Source of the DNA: an uncultured Gammaproteobacteria bacterium
GTDB lineage: Bacteria > Patescibacteriota > Microgenomatia > Levybacterales > GWA1-39-11
Reading direction: 5' to 3'
DNA: 64,000 nucleotides
NCBI GenBank assembly: GCA_964485575.1
Contig: CAZAJO010000008.1
Coordinates: forward strand, 921 to 64,920
A model generated the notes under the pieces. It was not told the origin of the DNA, did no database searches, and saw only the letters and a list, made by a program, of their open reading frames with translations. Position 1 is the stretch's first letter. The number at the start of each line of letters is the position of its first letter. A program made the translations under genes and the position numbers. Positions 49,503 to 56,781 of this stretch are shown here, piece after piece.

Positions 49503-49556
49503 GCTACGACCTGCTATTCAGGTTGCGCTACGACCTGCTATGCAGGTTGCGCTATG
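49503..49556. repeat. 24-nt tandem direct repeat (2.2 copies), each copy hairpin-forming
   Basis: GCTACGACCTGCTATTCAGGTTGC (49503-26) and GCTACGACCTGCTATGCAGGTTGC (49527-50) are 23/24 identical, followed by a partial GCTATGGAC. Copy 2 contains the palindrome ACCTGC-TAT-GCAGGT. The array overlaps the stop codon at 49552-54. Confidence 0.85.
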
Positions 49557-50136
49557 GACTAAAGTTTCTCATCGTAACTGATGTATTGAATGGACTATTT
49601 GCTGTATTTTCACTTGTAGTATTTGCTCTTTGTGAAACGGTGAAAGATACGCTTATGATAGGCTGAGAATAAGGGTTTGCATTATTTTGTAAACACGAAA
49701 AAGTACAGCTAGCAGGATCAACTTTTACTGAATTATTGTCTATTAGATAGGTAGTTATAGAACCACTGGAGGAAGCTATGCTTGCTGATTGAATATCGCA
49801 AGAAAACGCTACGAGTGAGTTATCGGATTGCTTGAATTCGATTGACGTGCCTGACTTAAGAGTAGTGCAATCTGAGATGGCAACACCTCCAACTTTTGTC
49901 ACTGACTCAGCCAATCTTGCAGTATTTGAAATAATTGAAAGAGCATAATTACCATTTTGAGAAACATCATTTGTTACTTTAGTCTTATTACCACCACGAA
50001 GAGTAGAGTAGAGAATACCGACTATTAGCCCCGACACAATCACAATGATACTTGTAACAGCCAAAAGCTCAACAAGAGTGTAGCCCTTTTGGCCATTTTT
50101 TAGTTTGTAGTTTATAGTTTTTAGTTTGGTAATCAT
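49552..50136 (-). CDS. minor pilin / pseudopilin (prepilin-type N-terminus)
   Basis: ...NGQKG|YTLVELLAVTSIIVIVSGLIVGIL. Confidence 0.7.
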   Translation of the reverse strand: MITKLKTINYKLKNGQKGYTLVELLAVTSIIVIVSGLIVGILYSTLRGGNKTKVTNDVSQNGNYALSIISNTARLAESVTKVGGVAISDCTTLKSGTSIEFKQSDNSLVAFSCDIQSASIASSSGSITTYLIDNNSVKVDPASCTFSCLQNNANPYSQPIISVSFTVSQRANTTSENTANSPFNTSVTMRNFSP

Positions 50137-50615
50137 GGATTACTGGCAGGATACGCATATGGCATACATGCAATAAGTTCTGACTTGTGACAAAATGTGT
50201 TTGTCGAGGGACATTTCGTCGAAATCCATTTGACTCGTACAGTTACTTTTATTTCAGTGTTTGGACATTGCCCCCCACTTGGGGAAAAAACAACTGTCCT
50301 GTTAAAAGTTGTTCCCAGGTTGATTCCAGTATCGCTACAAGATGTAGTTGTTAAAGTATTGTTATCTTCATCAATACAGTATGTTGCATTTTGGTTAAAT
50401 GAAGCAAAGGTTGAAAGATCGTTTTTCTGTATGTTCCTTACGAATTCGATTCCTTGTTGCGCATACTTATTGGCTTGGTTTTGTTTTTTTATGAAAGTAG
50501 AATTATATAGTCCATTCACAATCACAATAGCTATAGCTGTAATGATAAGAAGGATAGTCATAAGCGCAACTATCGCTTCAATAATTGTTTGACCCCTTTG
50601 AAGTTTGTGTTTCAT
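50133..50615 (-). CDS. minor pilin / pseudopilin
   Basis: MKHKLQRG|QTIIEAIVALMTILLIITAIAIV. ATG 50615 lies 1 nt after the upstream stop; the track start 50678 is a TTG. Confidence 0.6.
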   Translation of the reverse strand: MKHKLQRGQTIIEAIVALMTILLIITAIAIVIVNGLYNSTFIKKQNQANKYAQQGIEFVRNIQKNDLSTFASFNQNATYCIDEDNNTLTTTSCSDTGINLGTTFNRTVVFSPSGGQCPNTEIKVTVRVKWISTKCPSTNTFCHKSELIACMPYAYPASNP

Positions 50616-50616
50616 A

Positions 50617-51168
50617 TCATTGAACAGAAATATTTCCACCGGAATCAATAGTGATAGTTTTTGTCTGACCGTATCCAATCACTACGATATTACATGGAGC
50701 CCCACCAACCGTTGACGACAAAGGACTAAAATGAACCTGAGTACAAGTAGTTGCAGCAGAAAAAGTTAAATTGTTGGGTAAAACAAGAAGTCTTATGCGT
50801 GAGGGGCTTACATTCTCGCACAATTGATTGAGTTCCATCTGAGAATTACCAAGCATATTTATTGTGTATCCCCCAAGAGAATCAGAACCACAAGAGATGG
50901 TATTGCCATTGAGGTCTTGATTGGTCTTGACTGCAGATAGTGCGTTGAATCGAGCCTGACTAACAAGAAGTTTTATATTATTGCCGGTTTGATTGACTTG
51001 TTGGGAGTGACTATACGTAACGAAAGACACAATTCCTATGCCAGAAAGTACAGCAATTATGCTAAACACAACAAGAAGCTCAATTAGGGTGAAACCACGA
51101 GAATTTGAGAGTTGAGATTTGAGAATTAAGAATTTTAAATTTGTGATCTTCTGGGTAAAACATTTCAT
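50617..51168 (-). CDS. pilin-like protein (GspH/FimT-like), long leader
   Basis: ...LKFLILKSQLSNSRG|FTLIELLVVFSIIAVLSGIGIV. The leader is encoded by a heptamer array. Confidence 0.75.
   Translation of the reverse strand: MKCFTQKITNLKFLILKSQLSNSRGFTLIELLVVFSIIAVLSGIGIVSFVTYSHSQQVNQTGNNIKLLVSQARFNALSAVKTNQDLNGNTISCGSDSLGGYTINMLGNSQMELNQLCENVSPSRIRLLVLPNNLTFSAATTCTQVHFSPLSSTVGGAPCNIVVIGYGQTKTITIDSGGNISVQ
51104..51136 (-). repeat. heptamer array (NTCTCAA on the coding strand) in the pilin leader
   Basis: The + strand reads tttgagaGTTGAGATTTGAGAATTAAGAatttt. Confidence 0.85.
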
Positions 51169-51176
51169 ACTTAAAT

Positions 51177-51205
51177 ATCAATTCTCAATTTTCAATTATC
51201 AATTT
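51177..51205. repeat. intergenic heptamer array, inverted relative to the leader arrays
   Basis: The + strand reads ATCAATT CTCAATT TTCAATT ATCAATT, directly after the pilin stop (51206-08). Confidence 0.85.
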
Positions 51206-51667
51206 TTATGGGCTGGTTAATTTGAAAGGTACATTCGGGGAAGTACAAACGTTAGCGTCGGCTTGATCAGTATCCTTCTCAGAGTCATTTGAATTCTCAA
51301 GGCAACCAAATAGTGTGTAGGTAGATCCGTCAACTGCTGCAGTATATATATAAGGGTCACCCGTAACTGGATCACATGGTACTTTCTGCATATATACGGT
51401 CCCATTTACTGAAATCCCATTACCACAAGTAGATAGATTTGCAGTAGCAGGGTAGTCACCATTATCTGCTCTGTAAAGCTCTAAAGCAGACTGCATTTGG
51501 TACATATTTGACTTTCTTTGCCCGTCTCTTCCTCGTTGTCTTGCACCAATGAAATTTGCTGTCAAAAGAGCTGTGAGAATAGCAATTATAGAGATTGAAA
51601 CCAATAATTCGATGAGCGTGAAACCTCGAGGGTTTGAGAGTTGAGATTTGAGAGTTGAGAATTTCAT
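51206..51667 (-). CDS. type IV pilin / T2SS-G-like pilin
   Basis: MKFSTLKSQLSNPRG|FTLIELLVSISIIAILTALLTANFIGARQRGRDGQRKS. Confidence 0.85.
   Translation of the reverse strand: MKFSTLKSQLSNPRGFTLIELLVSISIIAILTALLTANFIGARQRGRDGQRKSNMYQMQSALELYRADNGDYPATANLSTCGNGISVNGTVYMQKVPCDPVTGDPYIYTAAVDGSTYTLFGCLENSNDSEKDTDQADANVCTSPNVPFKLTSP
51634..51663 (-). repeat. heptamer array (TCTCAAC TCTCAAA x2) in the pilin leader
   Basis: The coding strand reads atgaaatTCTCAACTCTCAAATCTCAACTCTCAAAccc. Confidence 0.9.
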
Positions 51668-52029
51668 GATTGATTCTTAAGTTTATTAATTATAGAAACC
51701 AGTATGGCTACAATCTCATTTGATTCACTTTTAAGTTTAGATAGTTCTTTTGCCGAAAGCAAGCCTGATACCTCAATGACTTCAAGCCAATAGTATGTCT
51801 CCTTAGCTTCTCGAAGAGAAATGAGCATTTTTTGCCTAAAATCCTTAGGTGATGATGCATCTTGCGCCTCGTAAACATTCGCCCCAATTGAAGTAGCAGA
51901 CCTAACAATTTGAGATGCTAACGCGTAACCTGCAGGAGTTTTTGGAAACATATTAGACAACCTTATAGTATCTGAAGAAAAAGAAATCAAACGTTGCATA
52001 AATTCTTTTTTCCATTGATTTCTGTCCAT
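51664..52029 (-). CDS. four-helix-bundle protein (23S rRNA intervening-sequence protein / Avd family)
   Basis: IVRSATSIGANVYEAQDASSPKDFRQKMLISLREAKETYYWLEV matches the family signature (IGANIAEG...S..DF...L.IA.GS..E). ATGA overlap with the pilin start. Confidence 0.75.
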   Translation of the reverse strand: MDRNQWKKEFMQRLISFSSDTIRLSNMFPKTPAGYALASQIVRSATSIGANVYEAQDASSPKDFRQKMLISLREAKETYYWLEVIEVSGLLSAKELSKLKSESNEIVAILVSIINKLKNQS

Positions 52030-52050
52030 AATGTGAACATTTTTAAATTT

Positions 52051-52070
52051 TCAAATCTCAATTCTCAATT
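52051..52070. repeat. intergenic heptamer array, inverted copy of the pilin-leader sequence
   Basis: The + strand TCAAATCTCAATTCTCAA (52051-68) matches the reverse complement of 51634-51651 at 17/18 positions. Confidence 0.9.
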
Positions 52071-52717
52071 CATGGCGATATATTTGGGCTTGTAACTCCA
52101 TAGGTGCAGGGCACATTTGTTCCGCAGGTTATATCTGTTCCGCCAATTCCGGTCCCAATCGTACTTTGGCAAGCACTTCCGCCATTGCAAGCCTGAGGAT
52201 CATTGCCACCTCTGTCTAAAGATGCATAAAGTGCATACGACTGCCCGGTAGAATCTGACCAGTACGCATAATTCTTAGCAACCTTTGGATCTATTGGGAG
52301 TACATCCATATATGGACTCCATGTGTGTCCCCATGCAACTGCGGTACCGCTTGTCCCATCTGTGGATATCTCATTTATGTTTGCAGCTTGGTAGGCTGGA
52401 GGATATCTATGGAAGTCGTTATAATAGACCTCAAGTGCTCTTTGGACCTGTGCAAGGTCTCCTTTTCTTTTTGAGTCCTGGCTTTTATTGAACTGCTCAA
52501 CTGGATTGACAACGGCAAGGATGAGTGCGGACAAAACTCCAAGAACACCGATGACCGTAATTAGCTCGATGAGAGTAAATCCACCACTTACCCCTACAAG
52601 AAGTTGTTGACGAAGATATTGAGGATTTGTTCTCCCCAAAAAAGGGATATCACGACTGAAACAACCAAAAAAGGTCCGAACGGAATTGTGCTTCCAAAAA
52701 AGTGCAATTTGCGCCAT
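52070..52717 (-). CDS. pilin-like protein, start uncertain
   Basis: ...LLVGVSGG|FTLIELITVIGVLGVLSALILAVV. The only in-frame starts are ATG 52717 (46-aa leader) and TTG 52639 (20-aa leader), and both overlap the 3' end of pilD. Confidence 0.7.
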   Translation of the reverse strand: MAQIALFWKHNSVRTFFGCFSRDIPFLGRTNPQYLRQQLLVGVSGGFTLIELITVIGVLGVLSALILAVVNPVEQFNKSQDSKRKGDLAQVQRALEVYYNDFHRYPPAYQAANINEISTDGTSGTAVAWGHTWSPYMDVLPIDPKVAKNYAYWSDSTGQSYALYASLDRGGNDPQACNGGSACQSTIGTGIGGTDITCGTNVPCTYGVTSPNISP

Positions 52718-53355
52718 ACAACCAGTATGATTGAGACCAAAGCACCTGTCAAGAAAGCCATATATAAGGCTACGATGACTGATGGAAATCCCAATAAAAA
52801 CCCTAATACGAAGGAAAATTTAACATCCCCAAACCCCATTCCCCTCCCCTTTGTAATTGCGAAAAGTATAAGAAAAAACAGCAGTGCACCGATTCCTGCA
52901 TATAGATGATTTGTTAGCGGCACATGCTTCTCGTAAAGATAAAAGATGCTTGCTATCGTTGACACTATGACTAATAAGTCAGGTATAATCCCGTATTCGA
53001 TATCGGCAAAAAAGATTCCTATAAGACTCCACAATATCACAGCTAAAAACAAGGCAGAAAACATAGTAATTGTCTGCGCCATAAATAGTGTGGCAACAAG
53101 CGTAAATGTTATACCAGTCAAAACTTCAACAATGATGAGCCTTCGCGGAATTTTTTTCTTACAAAATCTACATTTTCCACCCAAGATAAGATAAGAGACT
53201 ATAGGGATAAGATCTTGTGGGGAGAGTATTCTTTTACAGTGTTCACAGTACGATCTTCCACCAACAATACCACGCCCCGTTGAAAGTCTATCAATAACAA
53301 CGTTTAGAAAACTCCCCAAGACGCTACCAATTATAAAAGAGAGTAGTAGAACCAT
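52594..53355 (-). CDS. pilD: prepilin peptidase (A24 family)
   Basis: Zn-finger CEHC...CRFC. The catalytic Asp lies in GFGDVKF. Multiple TM helices. Confidence 0.9.
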   Translation of the reverse strand: MVLLLSFIIGSVLGSFLNVVIDRLSTGRGIVGGRSYCEHCKRILSPQDLIPIVSYLILGGKCRFCKKKIPRRLIIVEVLTGITFTLVATLFMAQTITMFSALFLAVILWSLIGIFFADIEYGIIPDLLVIVSTIASIFYLYEKHVPLTNHLYAGIGALLFFLILFAITKGRGMGFGDVKFSFVLGFLLGFPSVIVALYMAFLTGALVSIILVVWRKLHFFGSTIPFGPFLVVSVVISLFWGEQILNIFVNNFL

Positions 53356-53368
53356 TCCTTAAGTATAC

Positions 53369-55393
53369 CTATTTTTGTACTTCTTTTGTTATGGCTTTCT
53401 TTATATCTTCATTGAAAATACTCTTGTAGTATTTAGCAACCTCATCTACCTTCTTTTTATCTTTGTAACAATTTAATGCGTTGAAGTACCAGAAATAATA
53501 ATAACTTTTCTCGATAGGGTACAGATCTATTGCTTTTTTCATATCCGTATCTGCATCCGAGCAGTTACCGTATTGGCTTTCAACTCTGGATTTGCCTGCA
53601 TATCCTTTAGAAAACTCAGGATCAATAACAGTTGCGTATTTATAGTATTTAGCCGCGGCGCTAAAATCAGCATACTCACTAAAAAAAACATCCCCAATTT
53701 TGACGAATGCATCAGCATAATATGTAGGAATGTCTGACGTTGTAAGATTCCTCTCACTTGGTAGTAGTTTTGCCCGTTCTGGGATGTCGATACTGGCAAA
53801 ATCGTGTGGGAACATCCTCCTATAATCTTCAACGGAGGGTAAATTTTTTCTTTCAATAAGTTGATAACCTATTCCCCTCGGTAACCACATAAATTCGCTA
53901 TTGTTGAGTTTGATCTGCGTTGTCGCAAAAACGGGACGACTCTTTGATATTTTTTCGATAGTCCTAAAAAAGGCGTACAGATCGTCTTTTTTGTATTCTT
54001 TCTTTGATTGCTCAAAGAGAGGTGTGAAATAGTCATTTCTTATGGCAAAATTTCCTATTTCAACAAGCTCTATGTCTGGCCTTGTCTTCTTCACAAAGTG
54101 CATGTACCACGTATTGAATGATTTCGTATCCCCCTCTGCAACAAGTATTGATCCTTTAGGTAAATTTCTCATGAAATTGGCTCCAAATTCATTTCCAATC
54201 GACATGCTTGAGAGGTTTGTTTTTTGATAATTTTTAGTGAACTGCAGTAGTGGAATCAATATAAAAACCGCCAAAAGAATCATTGAATATATCTTTTTTG
54301 AAAAGACTCTTGCAAAAAAAGTGTAGATAAATAGTAATCCCCACGGAAAAAATATGACCAACATGACCTCAGAAAGAAGATAAAAACGTTCAACTGTTGC
54401 AAGAACAAAATTGTTGGTTATAGGAAAAGCTGCATAAAGGATAAATACTGGACCTAGAAGTAGGATAGACCCCATCATCAAAAACCCTAAATATTTTTCT
54501 TTACGAATCATGTTATATATTCCAAGTAGTGAAATAATTACAACTGGTATAGTTAATGAAGAACTGAGTGATTCAAAATAGTTTTTCAATAGGAAACTCC
54601 TCAATTCAAATGCAGGTCTAGGAAATATTCCTGCTGAAAATGTACCATAATCTCTTCTTAATACAAGGTTGATGAAATTCGGAAGGTTTTTTGCGTCATC
54701 CCAGTTTACGACCGGATTTCTAACAGCTGCTATTGGGATGTAAAGATATGGAAGCAGCCCTAAAAGAAAAACAGGGGGTAACCATAGTAATTTTTTGCGG
54801 AAAGAAAAAATTTCCCGTCTTTTGTTTATAGCCAAAAAGACAACTAGTGGGACCAGCATGAGAATAGTCATGTGGTTTGCCAACCCAAGGCCCAAAAATA
54901 ATACTGTCAAAGCTAAGTTTTTAAATCTCACCTTCTTATAAAAAATGAAAATATTGTAAACCATGCAAAGGGAAAGAAATATATTGAGCATAAAAACCTC
55001 AGGTATTTCGCTAAAAAGCCAGAAATGATAGGAAAATGCCAGCGCTCCGATACTTATGATTTGGATCATCTTATCCGATATGAAGATTTTTGTGATTTTC
55101 CAAAAAACGAAAAGTGAACCTATCGCTGCAAAAGCAGAGATCAGTCCAACTTTAGTAACAGGCTCAAGATTTAGTTGCAAATGACTTAAAGCAAAACCAA
55201 GCACTGTAAAGAGTGGGTATCCCGGAGGGTGAGCAACACCACCAACTACAGCAGCAGTAACGAGATCTCCAACATCCCCACCATAAATATCACTTGTCAA
55301 TCCAGATATATAGAAAAATAAGATTATGGACAGAAAAATAGAGACGAAGAAGGAAAAAAAGCCGATTGTTATTTTTATTCCACCAATAGACAT
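53369..55393 (-). CDS. DUF2723/TMEM260-like GT-C glycosyltransferase with C-terminal TPR repeats
   Basis: GGDVGDLVTAAVVGGVAHPPGYPLFTVLG signature, about 11 TM helices, and a TPR-like C-terminus (AAKYYKYATVIDPEF...). Confidence 0.7.
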   Translation of the reverse strand: MSIGGIKITIGFFSFFVSIFLSIILFFYISGLTSDIYGGDVGDLVTAAVVGGVAHPPGYPLFTVLGFALSHLQLNLEPVTKVGLISAFAAIGSLFVFWKITKIFISDKMIQIISIGALAFSYHFWLFSEIPEVFMLNIFLSLCMVYNIFIFYKKVRFKNLALTVLFLGLGLANHMTILMLVPLVVFLAINKRREIFSFRKKLLWLPPVFLLGLLPYLYIPIAAVRNPVVNWDDAKNLPNFINLVLRRDYGTFSAGIFPRPAFELRSFLLKNYFESLSSSLTIPVVIISLLGIYNMIRKEKYLGFLMMGSILLLGPVFILYAAFPITNNFVLATVERFYLLSEVMLVIFFPWGLLFIYTFFARVFSKKIYSMILLAVFILIPLLQFTKNYQKTNLSSMSIGNEFGANFMRNLPKGSILVAEGDTKSFNTWYMHFVKKTRPDIELVEIGNFAIRNDYFTPLFEQSKKEYKKDDLYAFFRTIEKISKSRPVFATTQIKLNNSEFMWLPRGIGYQLIERKNLPSVEDYRRMFPHDFASIDIPERAKLLPSERNLTTSDIPTYYADAFVKIGDVFFSEYADFSAAAKYYKYATVIDPEFSKGYAGKSRVESQYGNCSDADTDMKKAIDLYPIEKSYYYFWYFNALNCYKDKKKVDEVAKYYKSIFNEDIKKAITKEVQK

Positions 55394-55443
55394 TATTGAA
55401 AGTTATATCAAAAAAAAGAAATTAAGAGAAGACTAAAGATGAA

Positions 55444-56010
55444 TTACTGTGTACACCAGTAGCAGTTGGCATTATTAGGAGCTACTGGATTGTTTGGACC
55501 TCCTACGCAAGCTGCATTTGAGCTTGGAGTAGTACCATCCTGGTTATACTTTGTATTAATATCACGCTCTTGAGATTTTGATTTTGGCTGATAGCACATT
55601 GTTATATTCCCACCTGTCTCACTAGCATATAGATTGGCAAGTATTCCGGTAGCTGTTGTGAAGGCTGGTTTGAGTTCTCCCTCAGTTATAAGAACTCCGA
55701 GACATGTTGTGAACATAGCAGAATCGGTAAATAAATTGACTGCTGACAACGTATTGTTGCCTACGCCCATACATTCAGCACCTGCTGCCCCCCAAGGCAT
55801 AGCACTATGAGTAGTGTAGTAGCGAATGTTTGCATTCAGAAACTCAACCGCAGTATTTTTAGAATTTGAATCTTGTGCTTTATTCAACTGCTCGAAAGGG
55901 TCAATAGTCGCAACCAAAGCAGCAGCGAGGATACCGAGAATACCAATAACAACGAGAAGCTCGATGAGGGTGAAACCTTTCTGTAACTGTCGGACAGGTG
56001 ACAATTTCAT
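55444..56010 (-). CDS. type IV pilin (major-pilin candidate)
   Basis: MKLSPVRQLQKG|FTLIELLVVIGILGILAAALVATIDP. It has its own strong promoter and C-terminal Cys pairs. Confidence 0.85.
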   Translation of the reverse strand: MKLSPVRQLQKGFTLIELLVVIGILGILAAALVATIDPFEQLNKAQDSNSKNTAVEFLNANIRYYTTHSAMPWGAAGAECMGVGNNTLSAVNLFTDSAMFTTCLGVLITEGELKPAFTTATGILANLYASETGGNITMCYQPKSKSQERDINTKYNQDGTTPSSNAACVGGPNNPVAPNNANCYWCTQ

Positions 56011-56019
56011 ATTAAGTCA

Positions 56020-56049
56020 ATCATAACCACAATGAATTTCCCTTGTCAA
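56020..56049 (-). promoter_or_regulatory. promoter candidate (major pilin)
   Basis: TTGACA (56049-44, inside the palindrome CCCTTGTCAAGGG) - N18 - TATGAT (56025-20) - N9 - ATG 56010. Confidence 0.5.
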
Positions 56050-56064
56050 GGGGTACTTTCACGC

Positions 56065-56673
56065 TTAAAGGAAGATAGATTCAATGGCAATTTTTCTATT
56101 TATGTTATTGGTTTTGGTAAGACTCAAAAGAGGTAAAGCTTTCTTACAATAATGAAAATAACTGACTACGTTTTCATCATCGATGCTTTCAAGAAGTAGT
56201 GTCCTTAAAACAGGGATAATTTCATCTAAAGAATAATCCTCTAGAAAAATTGCTGCATCATCTATCGTTCCCCAATCTCCTTTTGTCTTGCATATGTTCC
56301 TTATCAGGCTAGGGAGCTCTTTAATAATAGTTGTTTCAAATCCCACTCTGACAACCGAACATCTGGAACGAATCGTCGGCAACAAATAATCTTCGTTCAT
56401 TGATACAAAAATGAAATAAATATTCTCATTTGCTTCTTCAATATTTTTAAGAAGAGCATTCTGTGCCTCAATAGTAAGAGTACCTCTAAAAACGATCAGT
56501 TTTTTTGTTGGCGTTTTGTAGTTGAGGGATTTTTTTATATTTCTTGCATCTTCAATCTTGATGATTTCATCAATATATTCAGTCTCGAAAGGGGAGAAGA
56601 GATTTTCTATCTGGTATCTCTCTAAATATTCATCCGTAAGTCTTTTGTCACCGATTAATAAGATGCTATTCAT
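56065..56673 (-). CDS. holB: DNA polymerase III delta'-like subunit (no Walker A)
   Basis: EAQNALLKNIEE and LPTIRSRC motifs. Confidence 0.7.
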   Translation of the reverse strand: MNSILLIGDKRLTDEYLERYQIENLFSPFETEYIDEIIKIEDARNIKKSLNYKTPTKKLIVFRGTLTIEAQNALLKNIEEANENIYFIFVSMNEDYLLPTIRSRCSVVRVGFETTIIKELPSLIRNICKTKGDWGTIDDAAIFLEDYSLDEIIPVLRTLLLESIDDENVVSYFHYCKKALPLLSLTKTNNINRKIAIESIFL

Positions 56674-56707
56674 TCAATTTATTTTATACCATATATAGAA
56701 AGTGTTG

Positions 56708-56760
56708 TTGACGGCAATGGCAATTTCAACTACGATAAATGTACCGCTTTTAGGAAGCGG
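56708..56760 (+). promoter_or_regulatory. pilB promoter candidate plus 5'-UTR hairpin
   Basis: TTGACG (56708-13) - N17 - TACGAT (56731-36). The hairpin is CCGCTT-TTAGG-AAGCGG (56744-60). The SD is GAGGAAAA. Confidence 0.4.
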
Positions 56761-56781
56761 GGTTTGTAGTGAGGAAAAACT

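Noticed and set aside
51664-52029. A diversity-generating retroelement, prompted by the Avd-family four-helix-bundle gene.
   Set aside because: There is no reverse transcriptase in the window. The near-identical repeat pairs I compared (for example 4875-5029 against 7095-7249) differ at mixed bases, not at adenines only, so no TR/VR pair is evident.
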